Source: Promethearchaeota archaeon Loki_b32
GTDB lineage: Archaea; Asgardarchaeota; Lokiarchaeia; Sigyniarchaeales; SOKP01
Direction of reading: 5' to 3'
Length of the DNA: 64,000 bases
Assembly: GCA_005223125.1 (NCBI GenBank)
Contig: NJBH01000014.1
Span: 1-64,000 of the forward strand
Shown here: one piece after another, positions 10,676 through 19,705 of the stretch
Layout of the letters: each line of letters opens with the position of its first letter
Numbering within the stretch: the stretch's first letter is position 1
Program-made: the position numbers and the translations under genes
The notes under the pieces: generated by a model
Told to the model about the DNA's origin: nothing
Databases searched by the model: none
Seen by the model: the letters and a program-made list of their open reading frames with translations, nothing else

Positions 10676-11056
10676 ATGAATTTTATGATTGAAGTTCTTA
10701 ATAAAAAAGAGAAATTAGAAGGTTTCATTGATGGGAAAAAATATATGAATAAAAAAAAGAAAATAATGGGCCTTTTGGAAAACAATGAATTTAAAGATAA
10801 TTCAAGTTATACTCTTCTGGTTCTTAAAGATAATGGGGCTATTACTTGGAGTGACGGGCAACAAAAAGGTTATCTTAAAGATGGTAAAATTTATTCATCT
10901 CTTAACGATAGACACATCTTTGAATTTAAAAAAGAAAAAGGTATGATTTTAGATTCTGATGGGAATACAGTTCTATATCTAAAAGGTGATCTTGACTCTC
11001 TTGAAGATGATGATTTTTTTGGGATTACAGCGCAATTTTTAGAATTATTTGCTTAG
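10676..11056 (+). CDS. Hypothetical protein (beta-rich)
   Basis: 126-aa ORF with normal composition; no recognised motif. Confidence 0.6.
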   Translation: MNFMIEVLNKKEKLEGFIDGKKYMNKKKKIMGLLENNEFKDNSSYTLLVLKDNGAITWSDGQQKGYLKDGKIYSSLNDRHIFEFKKEKGMILDSDGNTVLYLKGDLDSLEDDDFFGITAQFLELFA

Positions 11057-11166
11057 AAATCTTAAATTAAACAAGCGAGCTAATTTTTTAAAATAAAAAT
11101 ATATTTAACATTTCTTTTTCTATATTTCAATTAAATTTAAAAAAATACTATTTTAAGGAGTAGCTT

Positions 11167-11700
11167 TTGACTGAAATAAACAATAAAGAACCCCCAAGAC
11201 CTAAAGGGTTACAAATACATAGTAAAGCACCCCAAATAGATACAACAGATATATATGATAATCCCATTAAATTAGATGAACTATTAGAGTCCTTTAATGG
11301 AGTTTTAATAGATTTTTTTCGAGGAAATTGGTGAAGTCACTGCAAAAAACATTTGAAACTTTTAACTGAAAATATTAATGAATTTGAAAAAAGAAATATT
11401 AAACTTATCTCCATTGCCAGCGATAGTGTCAGACTTCTAAGGAAATTCAAAGAAGAAAATGAGTTTGGTATCGATATGATTTCTGATAGAGGTGCTAAAA
11501 TAGCGAAAGAATATGATGTTTACTGGTTTGCTCCAGGTGGAGGTAAAGATTACAAAATAAAACAAGCTGTACCAAGTAAATTTCTCATCAATAAAGATCG
11601 GAAAATTATCTGGAAATATATAGGAAAAGATAAAACTGATAGACCTTCAATAGAAATGATGACTACCATTATTGATAATCAAATAATTACTCCCAAATAA
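11167..11700 (+). CDS. AhpC/TSA peroxiredoxin-like selenoprotein, UxxC (Sec at TGA 11332-11334), 177 aa
   Basis: AAGGAG at 11155-11160, then TTG; frame reads ...KAPQIDTTDIYDNPIKL...VLIDFFRGNW-TGA-SHCKKHLK... and is continuous with ORF 11353..11700; SECIS-like element follows the stop. Confidence 0.9.
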
Positions 11701-11764
11701 GAATGACGTGAGTGTAAAAAAATGAGACGCTCAAGGACAAACCTCGTGAGGGTTTTGGGATAAT
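11686..11764 (+). promoter_or_regulatory. SECIS-like 3' UTR element, copy 1
   Basis: ATGA 11703-06; stem TGAGTGT(11709-15)/ACGCTCA(11727-33); A-rich loop; GGAC 11735-38; extra hairpin AAACCT/GGGTTT; basal TCCCA/TGGGA. Confidence 0.85.
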
Positions 11765-11912
11765 CTTTCTTTTTATTTTTTTATTAAAAACTATATAACC
11801 AAATTTAAAATGGAAATTCCGCATTTTCGAAATACATATGTTTAAAACATCTAATTTTATTAATGAGTTTAAGAAATATTGCATTGGAATTGAAAACGAG
11901 GTAATATACACG

Positions 11913-12440
11913 ATGGGTTTAAATAAAGAAGAAACACAGAGACCTAGGGGATTAGGACTTCATATAAAGGCACCAATGATAAACACAATTGACATTTATG
12001 GCAATACAATTAATTTAGCTAATCTCCTTAAAGAATATAAAGGCGTAATCGTTGATTTCTTTCGAGGCACTTGGTGAACTTATTGAAAAGAACACCTTGA
12101 GCATGAAAAAAAGCATTTTCATGAGTTTGAACAACGAAAAATTAAGATTCTCTCTATAGCCAGTGATACGGTTGGACTATTAAAGAAATTTAAAGAAGAA
12201 AACAATTTTCCTGTAGATATGATTTCTGATCGTGGCGCTAAAATTGCAAAAGACTATAATGTCTATTGGTTCGCTGAAGGCTGGGGAAAACTAAAAGTAA
12301 AACAAGCGGTACCTAGTAAATTTCTCCTCAATAAAAATGGTGAAATCATCTGGAAGTATGTGGGACGAGATAAAACTGATCGACCTTCTGTGAGTGCGTT
12401 AATATTCCTTATTGATAAATACTTAATAAATCCCAAATAA
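11913..12440 (+). CDS. AhpC/TSA peroxiredoxin-like selenoprotein, UxxU (TGA 12075-77 and 12084-86), 175 aa
   Basis: GAGGT at 11898-11902, then ATG; MGLNKEETQRPRGL...IVDFFRGTW-TGA-TY-TGA-KEHLE... continues without other stops into ORF 12219..12440; full-length paralog of the upstream gene. Confidence 0.88.
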
Positions 12441-12502
12441 GAATGATTTGAGTGTGGAAAAATGAGACACTCAAGGACTACCTTGTGAGGGTAATGGGAT
12501 TT
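12428..12502 (+). promoter_or_regulatory. SECIS-like 3' UTR element, copy 2
   Basis: ATGA 12443-46; stem TTGAGTGT(12448-55)/ACACTCAA(12467-74); A-rich loop; GGAC 12475-78; hairpin TACCT/GGGTA; basal AAATCCCA/TGGGATTT; T-tract follows. Confidence 0.85.
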
Positions 12503-12948
12503 TCTCTTTTTTTATTTTTTTATAATGAATTAGATTCGTTTGGAAAATTCAATAGGTAAATTCTCATTTAGTATGGGTACCTATTTTGAGTGGATTCATT
12601 GGTTTATAGATTGTACAATTTGATACAACACATTTATCAGAGGTCCTCTTAATATGAAAGCATTCCGCTTCAGAATAAAAGAAACATTCATTAATTCCTT
12701 TAACTATGTTTTTACATTTAATTTGCTTCGTTGAAAAACTACATCTCCTCGAATTTTGTCTTTGAGAATGAAATATATTTTGCCTTTACCAATTGATCCT
12801 AATTAGTTAGATAAATATAAATTTTACCTAGTAAATTCTCAAAATTGTAAAATATATACCGTTTATTCCTCAATGCGGCTAATACATAGGATTATTATCA
12901 AACTAAACTTAAAAGGATTTCGTCCTAGTACATGTCCTATGCTAAAAA

Positions 12949-13131
12949 TTAAGGATTAAAACGCACGTATTTTATGTATTGTTTGGTTAATGAGTTATAC
13001 CTAAATCCTGATTCGAAACAATTTCCACATTTGGAACAGTTGTGTTGAGTGCATTCTTTAAAGTATTCTCGATATATGGCATTATCCTTCATCAGATATC
13101 CACATTTATCACAATAAGTACTTGTTAACAT
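12949..13131 (-). CDS. Small zinc-ribbon protein
   Basis: CDKCG ... CSKCG in 60 aa. Confidence 0.5.
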   Translation of the reverse strand: MLTSTYCDKCGYLMKDNAIYREYFKECTQHNCSKCGNCFESGFRYNSLTKQYIKYVRFNP

Positions 13132-13239
13132 AATTTTAAGTTATGTTTGAAAATGTATTTAAAACAAATAAGTAGGACGATTTAGTAAAAAAACTAATCA
13201 AGACACTTTAAGTTTAAAATAAAAATATGTTAAAAAAAA

Positions 13240-13836
13240 TTATGTTATATTTTTTTTCCTTAGTTTCTCTGTATAATTATTTGAATAATTCTTAATTTCA
13301 ATAGGAAACTTCTCTGGGTTTAAATATTTTTGAACCTCCCGAAATAAGTCATCAAGTGAGGCATGAGAACCCTTATCTTTAACCATCCATGCTGTCATAG
13401 TATTTAGATCAGTTTCACCATCCCATTCTATAGTGGGTATATCCTCTTTACTATGAATGCCTTTTTTGTATATAGTTTTCACTAGTTTTTCGTCAAATAA
13501 TGTATCACACGAAATCCATTTATCATTTAAATAACATTCAGCCCAAGGATGAAATGTTATAATATTTGGAGTTCCATTAAAGGCACCCCTGGTTATAACT
13601 CCTTTAAGACATTCTTTTTTTAAATGAGCAAGACGATATCTAGCAGGAATTCCTGATGCTCGTAATAGTGCAATTTGTAAAGTAGCTTTTGTTACACAAA
13701 AACCATATCGTCTTTCAAGAATTTCAGAGGCCTTAACAATATAATCAAGCTGTTGAAAAGGGAACTTTCTTCTCGATCTGATCACACTATTGCATGATGA
13801 AAACATTCTATTCGTGAGGAAAGTTATTGTCTCCAC
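13240..13836 (-). pseudogene. Transglutaminase-like protein, probably N-terminally truncated
   Basis: GFCVTKA..LLRASGIPARY, HPWAECY, WISCD (Cys-His-Asp triad); N-terminal part looks non-homologous. Confidence 0.6.
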
Positions 13837-14045
13837 TATGTGCGTTAATATCTCCCTCCCAAATCTGGATTAATCACTTTAGTTTTTACTAAAACGTAAA
13901 GTTTATAAGAGAGGATAATGATTATTATTATAGAGATATATTTTTTATTATCTCTTCAAAAATGAACGATAATAACATTTTGCATTGGCACCTTATTGAA
14001 GAGAGTAAGGATATTACTACTTTTGAAGGATCTCTTTAATCAAAA

Positions 14046-15344
14046 ATGTCGAAAATTAAATTTGACCATGATTTTTGGGATATGCTGAAGTATAAAAGAA
14101 GTAGTAATAATATTAGATGGTCTTCAGCAATCCTTAAAGAAGAAGTAATGAAAGAAGTGGATTCAATTAGAAATAACATAAATAGGAGAGACGATTTCTA
14201 AATGGATGATCACGTAACTGGCACAATGTATTTAGATTCTAACGAATTGGAACGACAACCAGCTCATACTTTTCTTACTAAATGGACGTTCAATAACAAA
14301 AGCTGTGGAACTGGGAAGACTAAGAAAGACAGTGACAATATTAAATATTTTGTCAAGAAAGGTATGAAAATTTTGGTATGTTTATCTAACCATAGACTCA
14401 TTGAGGAATTTATTGAACGGATGGAATATAAATGTGAATATATCCATTTAAAAGGCAAATTACAACCTCTAATGTGCAATAAAGAAAACCCTAATCCAGA
14501 TGCTTTTTTAAATGGGGGGTGCAATAATTGTAAGGAGATTTATGGTGTTTGGGATGAAGAAAAGAATGATTTCATGCTGTTAGGTTATAGTCCTCTTGAT
14601 TTTCTAAAAGATATTGAAACTTTTATATTCAACTGCGCGACAACAAAGCTGAGTTTAGCCGAAAACACATTCGGAAGGAATTTTGATGCCATTATAAAAG
14701 ACAAGGAAGTTATGGAAAATCCCATATATATTTTAGATGATGTAATGACAATGACTAAAACAGAAGTAGCAATTCCTTTATTGGTAGAAATTTCGGATTT
14801 ATATAACATCCCGAAAGATAATACTACAGTGATCTACTGTAAAAAGAATTTTGAAGTGGAAATAAGCCAGTTATTACCAGAAATTCACACTGGACATTAT
14901 GGAGACTGTAGGGGAAGCAATAGATTTGAAGAATGTAAGAATGTAGTATTATTTGGTAGATTTGCTCTTAGAGATTCGGTGAAATGGTTGCTCAGCTTAT
15001 ATGGACTAACACAAGAAGAGATTAAAAGCATGGAAGAAGCGGAAGAAATACAAGCATTACATCGAGTTAGACCTCTCTTAGATAAAGAAGTTAGGATCTT
15101 TTTATTTACGAATACTTTGATGAATAAAATACCTAATGCTACGGAAGTATTTAACAAGAGACATCTAGATAAATGTTTAGAAATTTTAAATAGAAAAGAA
15201 GAACTGGAAGGATTAAATAAAACGGATATATATAATAAAATAAAAGGAGATCATAATGATACTAAGCGTTCATTAGAGATCCTAGAACATTTCAATAAAA
15301 TTAAACCTATATTTGGTTACGGAGCTAAATTGACATTTGTTTAG
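14046..15344 (+). pseudogene. SF2 helicase-like replication protein of a mobile element, interrupted
   Basis: CGTGKT (motif I), LVCLSNHRLIEE (Ia), CATT (III), HYGDCRGSNRF (V), QALHRVR (VI); no clear motif II; in-frame 51-codon ORF 14046-14201 ends in TAA right before ATG 14202. Confidence 0.5.
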
Positions 15345-15700
15345 CTCTTTCAAAATCAAATATGTTTTTTTTCTTTATATATTATAGTAAATCAACAGAT
15401 TTGGTTTAAAAGGCTTCTAATACTTATAGAAAGCAAAAGAAGAATTTTCACATCAATTCACAGACCACCTCGGTTCCCCCATCTCTTAATAAGAATGCTT
15501 TTTGAGGGGAAAAACGATGAAGGGGGGTATGTTTAGATTACATTAATCTTACTTTGGTGTGCCCTAAAATAAGCGGATATAATAATATGATTCTTTCTAA
15601 ACCAAGTAATATAATATAGAAGGAGTTTAACAAAAACTAAATATTAGTTTAAACGGATTCTTTTTTATCAGTTATCTAGATAAGAATATAAAATTAACTT

Positions 15701-16201
15701 TTAATGAGTACTTTCCTCATATTTTTTTAGGTCAATAAAGAGAATAGAGCTGTTCTTCCGATCTCGAAACCATTCAAATCCCATGTTTACCTTTTCTAAG
15801 TAATAGGATTTCATATCTAAAGTAGTTTCCACTAGCAGTAAACGACAAGCAATGATGTTGCTTGCTTCTAATGATTTTTCTAAAGCGATTTTTATCAATG
15901 CTATACCAAGATTTTTATGTTTATAGTTATTATCTACACCTAAGCGTCCGAGAAGTACTATTGGTACTTTATCAATTCCAAATATCCTTGCATCTCCTGT
16001 ATTTAATTGAGAAGCGGAAAGTGTTAAAAATGCAATTACCTTATTAGAATCTTTCACACAAAAAGTGTATGTTTTTGAAAGCTTTCGCTTTTGATTGAGA
16101 AGAGCTAGAGTATTCAAAAAAGAGTTAATAACCTGATCTCCACAGTCGAATGGTTCAATAATTACATCTCCATCTAGTTCTTTAAAAATTAAATCGGTCA
16201 A
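15701..16201 (-). CDS. GNAT acetyltransferase toxin (TacT/AtaT-like)
   Basis: FDCGDQVINSFL, VIAFLTLSA, VPIVLLGRLGVD..YKHKNLG, YY...GF. Confidence 0.8.
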   Translation of the reverse strand: MTDLIFKELDGDVIIEPFDCGDQVINSFLNTLALLNQKRKLSKTYTFCVKDSNKVIAFLTLSASQLNTGDARIFGIDKVPIVLLGRLGVDNNYKHKNLGIALIKIALEKSLEASNIIACRLLLVETTLDMKSYYLEKVNMGFEWFRDRKNSSILFIDLKKYEESTH

Positions 16202-16215
16202 TTGAAAAATCCCTT

Positions 16216-16461
16216 TTATAATTTCTCAATTTCTTCTAAAGATATTACATATTCCTTCTCTTCCAATTTTTTATAGAATTGGTGAGAGGATTTAAAAAAA
16301 GAACGAGTTTTTTCATCAATTTCTCTATCTTCAAGTTTTTTTTCAAGATCCTTAATCTCTTGCTCGGTTAATATGATCTCTTCAGAATCATCAAAGAAGA
16401 AATTCTCTTCAGATATTTTTTCTTCCTTTCTAACTTCTTTTTCTTTTGGCGTTGTCATCAT
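16216..16461 (-). CDS. Putative antitoxin of the GNAT toxin
   Basis: Small acidic ORF directly upstream of the toxin; IILTEQE...L segment resembles the C-terminal half of DUF1778 antitoxins. Confidence 0.55.
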   Translation of the reverse strand: MMTTPKEKEVRKEEKISEENFFFDDSEEIILTEQEIKDLEKKLEDREIDEKTRSFFKSSHQFYKKLEEKEYVISLEEIEKL

Positions 16462-16517
16462 TATAAAAATGGAATTATTCCTATAAATGATTTGTTATTA
16501 TAACTAAATTGCATCTA

Positions 16518-17336
16518 TCATTCTAATATATTATTGTACGGATTCCACTTGTCATAAAGCTGAATGTAGTCGTGATAATTGAGCTTAACATGGCAATTGA
16601 AATTCACATCGCTGACTTTATGGCATAATAAGATTTTCCGATCCTCTTTTGCGCATCCCATTCTTTTCCGCAGGGTATTCAATGTTCTTCTGAAAGTATG
16701 ACATGAAATCCACTTTTCAATATTCAAACGGATAACACAATTCCTTATATAATGATTAATGGTACGGAGTGAATATCGTTTCTTCTGAATGGACAGAAAT
16801 AATGCGTTAGAATCCGTTTCTTTGACCGTCCTTTCCTTCAAATATATGGTTAAGTGCATTGCTAAACCTTCTGAAAAGTAATAAATCTTTCTTCCTGTCT
16901 TTCCTTCCGTTTCAACATATCGTTTCTTTATGTTTAAATTTCTATAATCAAGATTAATAAGCTCTCCGATTCTCATCCCAGTTTCTGCTAACAATCTAAA
17001 TAGAAGGTAATAGTTGTAATTATTATTATACATGTAATCCAAGATCTTTTTTACTTCTTCCTTAGTCATTACAACATCCTTATTAGAATCCGGTTTTTTA
17101 TGAATCGGCTTCCATTGGATACTATATCTGGGGATGATAATGACAAGATCATCGTAATATTCCATGATGAATTGTAAAAAACTGCGGAAGATCATCCACT
17201 TGTTTTGTTTGGTTTGTAGGGAGATGGTATCCAAGTGATTTAAGTAATCAAAATAATCAATAATATCCCGCTTTGTTAAGTTAAAGATGTGTCCGTTATA
17301 TCCAAAAAATTTAGAGCGGAAAAATATTGGAGACAA
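16518..17336 (-). pseudogene. Tyrosine recombinase/integrase, 5'-truncated, probably inactive
   Basis: ETGMRIGEL, GKTG, CHTFRR, LLCH; His (CAT, 16590-92) at the expected catalytic Tyr position. Confidence 0.75.
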
Positions 17337-17411
17337 TATGAATGTGACTGATCTTCTGATTTTTTTTTGTTATCAATTTATATACAAAAAATTTCTTTCA
17401 ATTATTTATAG

Positions 17412-18005
17412 ATGGAAAGTGAGATTTTAAAAATGAGTGCAAATGTTTCTATGGATTTAAATGCTCAAGAGAATAAAAAGGACCTTCATTATAATGCTAA
17501 TGATGATTTTTCTCCACCTCCATTTATTGGATGCTTAATATCGGATAAGGATGGAATAAGGATTGCATCATTTGAGGTTTATAAGGGGGCATTAGAATTT
17601 AATATTAAAAGGAATATAAATGATAAATCTAGATGTGAGCTTTTTGATGTAGACCTTATATCTATGTATTTTTGTGCATTAGAAAGATTCTCAGAAGAAA
17701 TTAACATTCAAAATGTACCGTGCATTAATCTTAAAGGAACTAATATTATTTTACATGCTATTTTTGATTTTGATCATTTTACTGTTATATTCTTCTTAAA
17801 TCCATTTGTTCATATCAAATCGTATGAAAATTTAATACATAATTACTTTACAAAGCTCTATGAAGAATATAAAAGTGAATTTCATGATATTAAGAAATTA
17901 GGTTCATTAGATTTCGCAAATCATTTAGAATTTCTTGGAATGGAATGGATAAACCATTTGAACGATTTATATTTAGAAAAATCTATAAAAATTAAAAAAA
18001 AATAG
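17412..18005 (+). CDS. Longin/roadblock-like domain protein
   Basis: IGCLISDKDG strand-turn, LISMYFCALERFSEEI helix, three strands, then ..FTKLYEEY helix; this pattern fits the longin fold. Confidence 0.5.
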   Translation: MESEILKMSANVSMDLNAQENKKDLHYNANDDFSPPPFIGCLISDKDGIRIASFEVYKGALEFNIKRNINDKSRCELFDVDLISMYFCALERFSEEINIQNVPCINLKGTNIILHAIFDFDHFTVIFFLNPFVHIKSYENLIHNYFTKLYEEYKSEFHDIKKLGSLDFANHLEFLGMEWINHLNDLYLEKSIKIKKK

Positions 18006-18014
18006 TCATTTTAT

Positions 18015-18563
18015 TCAACTCTTTTTAAATTTACAAATTAATAAGATAATTAATGCCGTTACAAAATAACCTATTGCTGCAAATAAGAAACTGAACTTTA
18101 TTAAAGCACTTAATGATGCGACAAATGAATTATTAGCTGAAACGGATGTAGGAGACCCTAGCATTATAAGTAGATTAATATTTTCGATTATATCAAAAAT
18201 TCCTGTCAGAAAAGGTGTTAGTGTAAAATACAGTCCAAAAGTTTGCATTTTACCTTCTGATCTCCGTAGTACCAGCAAAATTAATCCAAGAGCTAAAGAA
18301 ACATAACCCACAATATATAAGAAATCCCAATATATTGCTAAAGATTGATTGGCCATTCCGTCAGTACCCCATACTGAAAAAATAATTCCTACTCTGTCAG
18401 AAGTCCAGGCAAATTCATAATCTAAAATTCCATAAGTTGAAACTAAAGCCTCCATAGGTATAAAAACTAAAATGTAAAGCAAGAGAACTATTGCTAAACC
18501 AACTAAGGTTAATATTATAACAAGTTTTTCTCTAGGAGATTCTTTAAATCTTTCTAAGAACAA
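18015..18563 (-). CDS. Four-TM membrane protein
   Basis: Hydrophobic helices; WDFLYIVGY and FDIIEN motifs; AAGGTGA upstream of TTG. Confidence 0.7.
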   Translation of the reverse strand: MFLERFKESPREKLVIILTLVGLAIVLLLYILVFIPMEALVSTYGILDYEFAWTSDRVGIIFSVWGTDGMANQSLAIYWDFLYIVGYVSLALGLILLVLRRSEGKMQTFGLYFTLTPFLTGIFDIIENINLLIMLGSPTSVSANNSFVASLSALIKFSFLFAAIGYFVTALIILLICKFKKS

Positions 18564-18744
18564 TTCTATTTTTCACCTTGTTCAAAAAAATAGTTTATGA
18601 ATATATTCAGTTAAAATAGTATTTAATGTTAACAAAAATTAAGTATTGGATTTGCATTGATTGTCTTAATAGTATTTTAAGAATCTAAAAAAAGAAAAAA
18701 AAATATATTTTAATTTTACTGAAAAAAAGCTACATAAAAATTGC

Positions 18745-18951
18745 TTATACTAAAGTAATAGCAATTTTCATATCTGTTGCTGTAACTTTCTTTCTACCGG
18801 AGTGTTTTGCAATATCAAGCGCACAGCCAGTTAAAGTCTTGGCATATTCTTCTAAATAATCCATTAATTTATCAACTGCGGCTCGACTTACGATTTCAGC
18901 TCCAGCTTTCTTCATTAAAGCCCGTAAAGGACTCCATGCAAATGCTGCCAT
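18745..18951 (-). CDS. Archaeal histone (HMf-type, no tail)
   Basis: PLRALMKKAGAEIVS..A...L..YLEE...A...AKHSGRKKVTATD; GGAGG upstream. Confidence 0.95.
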   Translation of the reverse strand: MAAFAWSPLRALMKKAGAEIVSRAAVDKLMDYLEEYAKTLTGCALDIAKHSGRKKVTATDMKIAITLV

Positions 18952-19412
18952 TTTTTATTCCTCCACTTATTTATATTTGTTTTGTATTCTTTTTTTAGAG
19001 TGTTATTAAATTTTAATTAGTATTACTTATATTTAAATGTGTTGGTTGATCATCATTAATCCGATAAATGTGATCAATCAAAAACGGTCGACAAAAAAAA
19101 TTGATGAAAAAAATCGACAAATTTTTTACTAGTGAATTCAGCTGATGGAAAATGATCAATTTTTGATTTCAGATGACTAGATCAAGGTAGAGTCAATTGA
19201 TAAAACCTATAAGTACTATCAAATCTATTATCCAATTTGCTATAAATTGTAAATGAGATAAATCTTAGGATACTATAGTGAATCAAAATTTCATATAAAA
19301 ATATAAATAAGCATTATAATCAAACATAAAATTTGAGATCGGTCTAGACCTACTTTTTTAGGAGGGGGCACCCCAGGGGAGAGGGATGATAAAATAAGCA
19401 GAACTTTTTTTC

Positions 19413-19438
19413 ACTCGAAAAATTTAAATATTTCGAGT
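19413..19438 (+). promoter_or_regulatory. Operator palindrome around the TATA box of the AbrB-VapC operon
   Basis: ACTCGAAA-aatttaaata-TTTCGAGT: perfect 8-bp inverted repeat with TTTAAATA in the spacer, about 25 nt before ATG 19454. Confidence 0.75.
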
Positions 19439-19453
19439 ATATAATATTTTATA

Positions 19454-19705
19454 ATGACAACTCATTTTGATACAATAGTTTTAAAAATTGGATCAAAGGG
19501 AGAAATTTTTCCTCCCAAGGAAATTAGAAAAAGGCTCGGATTTGAACCTAATCAGCCTATTTTATTATATATTCATCAGGATCAATTAATTGTGAGAAAA
19601 CTTCATTCTATAGAAGAAATATTGAATACTCCGGCTAAAATTAAAATAAGCTATCATGCATGGAAACAGTTTAAAGAGGAATTGACTGAGGACTATGAAT
19701 CATGA
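19454..19705 (+). CDS. AbrB/MazE-type antitoxin (VapB)
   Basis: KIGSKGEIFPPKEIRKRLG swapped-hairpin motif; ATGA overlap with the toxin gene. Confidence 0.88.
   Translation: MTTHFDTIVLKIGSKGEIFPPKEIRKRLGFEPNQPILLYIHQDQLIVRKLHSIEEILNTPAKIKISYHAWKQFKEELTEDYES

Larger units (their letters stand above)
12530..17360. mobile_element. Decayed integrative element / island (boundaries approximate)
   Basis: Truncated tyrosine integrase, GNAT toxin-antitoxin pair, helicase-like remnant, truncated transglutaminase, low coding density; no att repeats found. Confidence 0.6.

Noticed and set aside
11353-12440. ORF-track calls 11353..11700, 11838..12077, 12219..12440 and antisense 11687..11911
   Set aside because: Fragments of two TGA-recoded genes; the 11838 start lacks an SD and adds non-homologous residues; the antisense ORF overlies the SECIS
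11167-12440. Reading the TGA-containing genes as pseudogenes, or TGA as a genome-wide sense codon
   Set aside because: All three TGAs fall at Cys-equivalent redox positions with a SECIS-like element downstream, and TGA ends many ordinary genes here (rpoF, ksgA, rpl30e, nusA)
12530-12800. Coding-like minus-strand sequence with several stops
   Set aside because: No continuous frame or recognisable family; treated as decayed island DNA
19128-19144. ACTAGTGAATTC resembles a cloning-vector polylinker
   Set aside because: Only about 12 bp match, no NotI or other vector context; flanks are native AT-rich DNA
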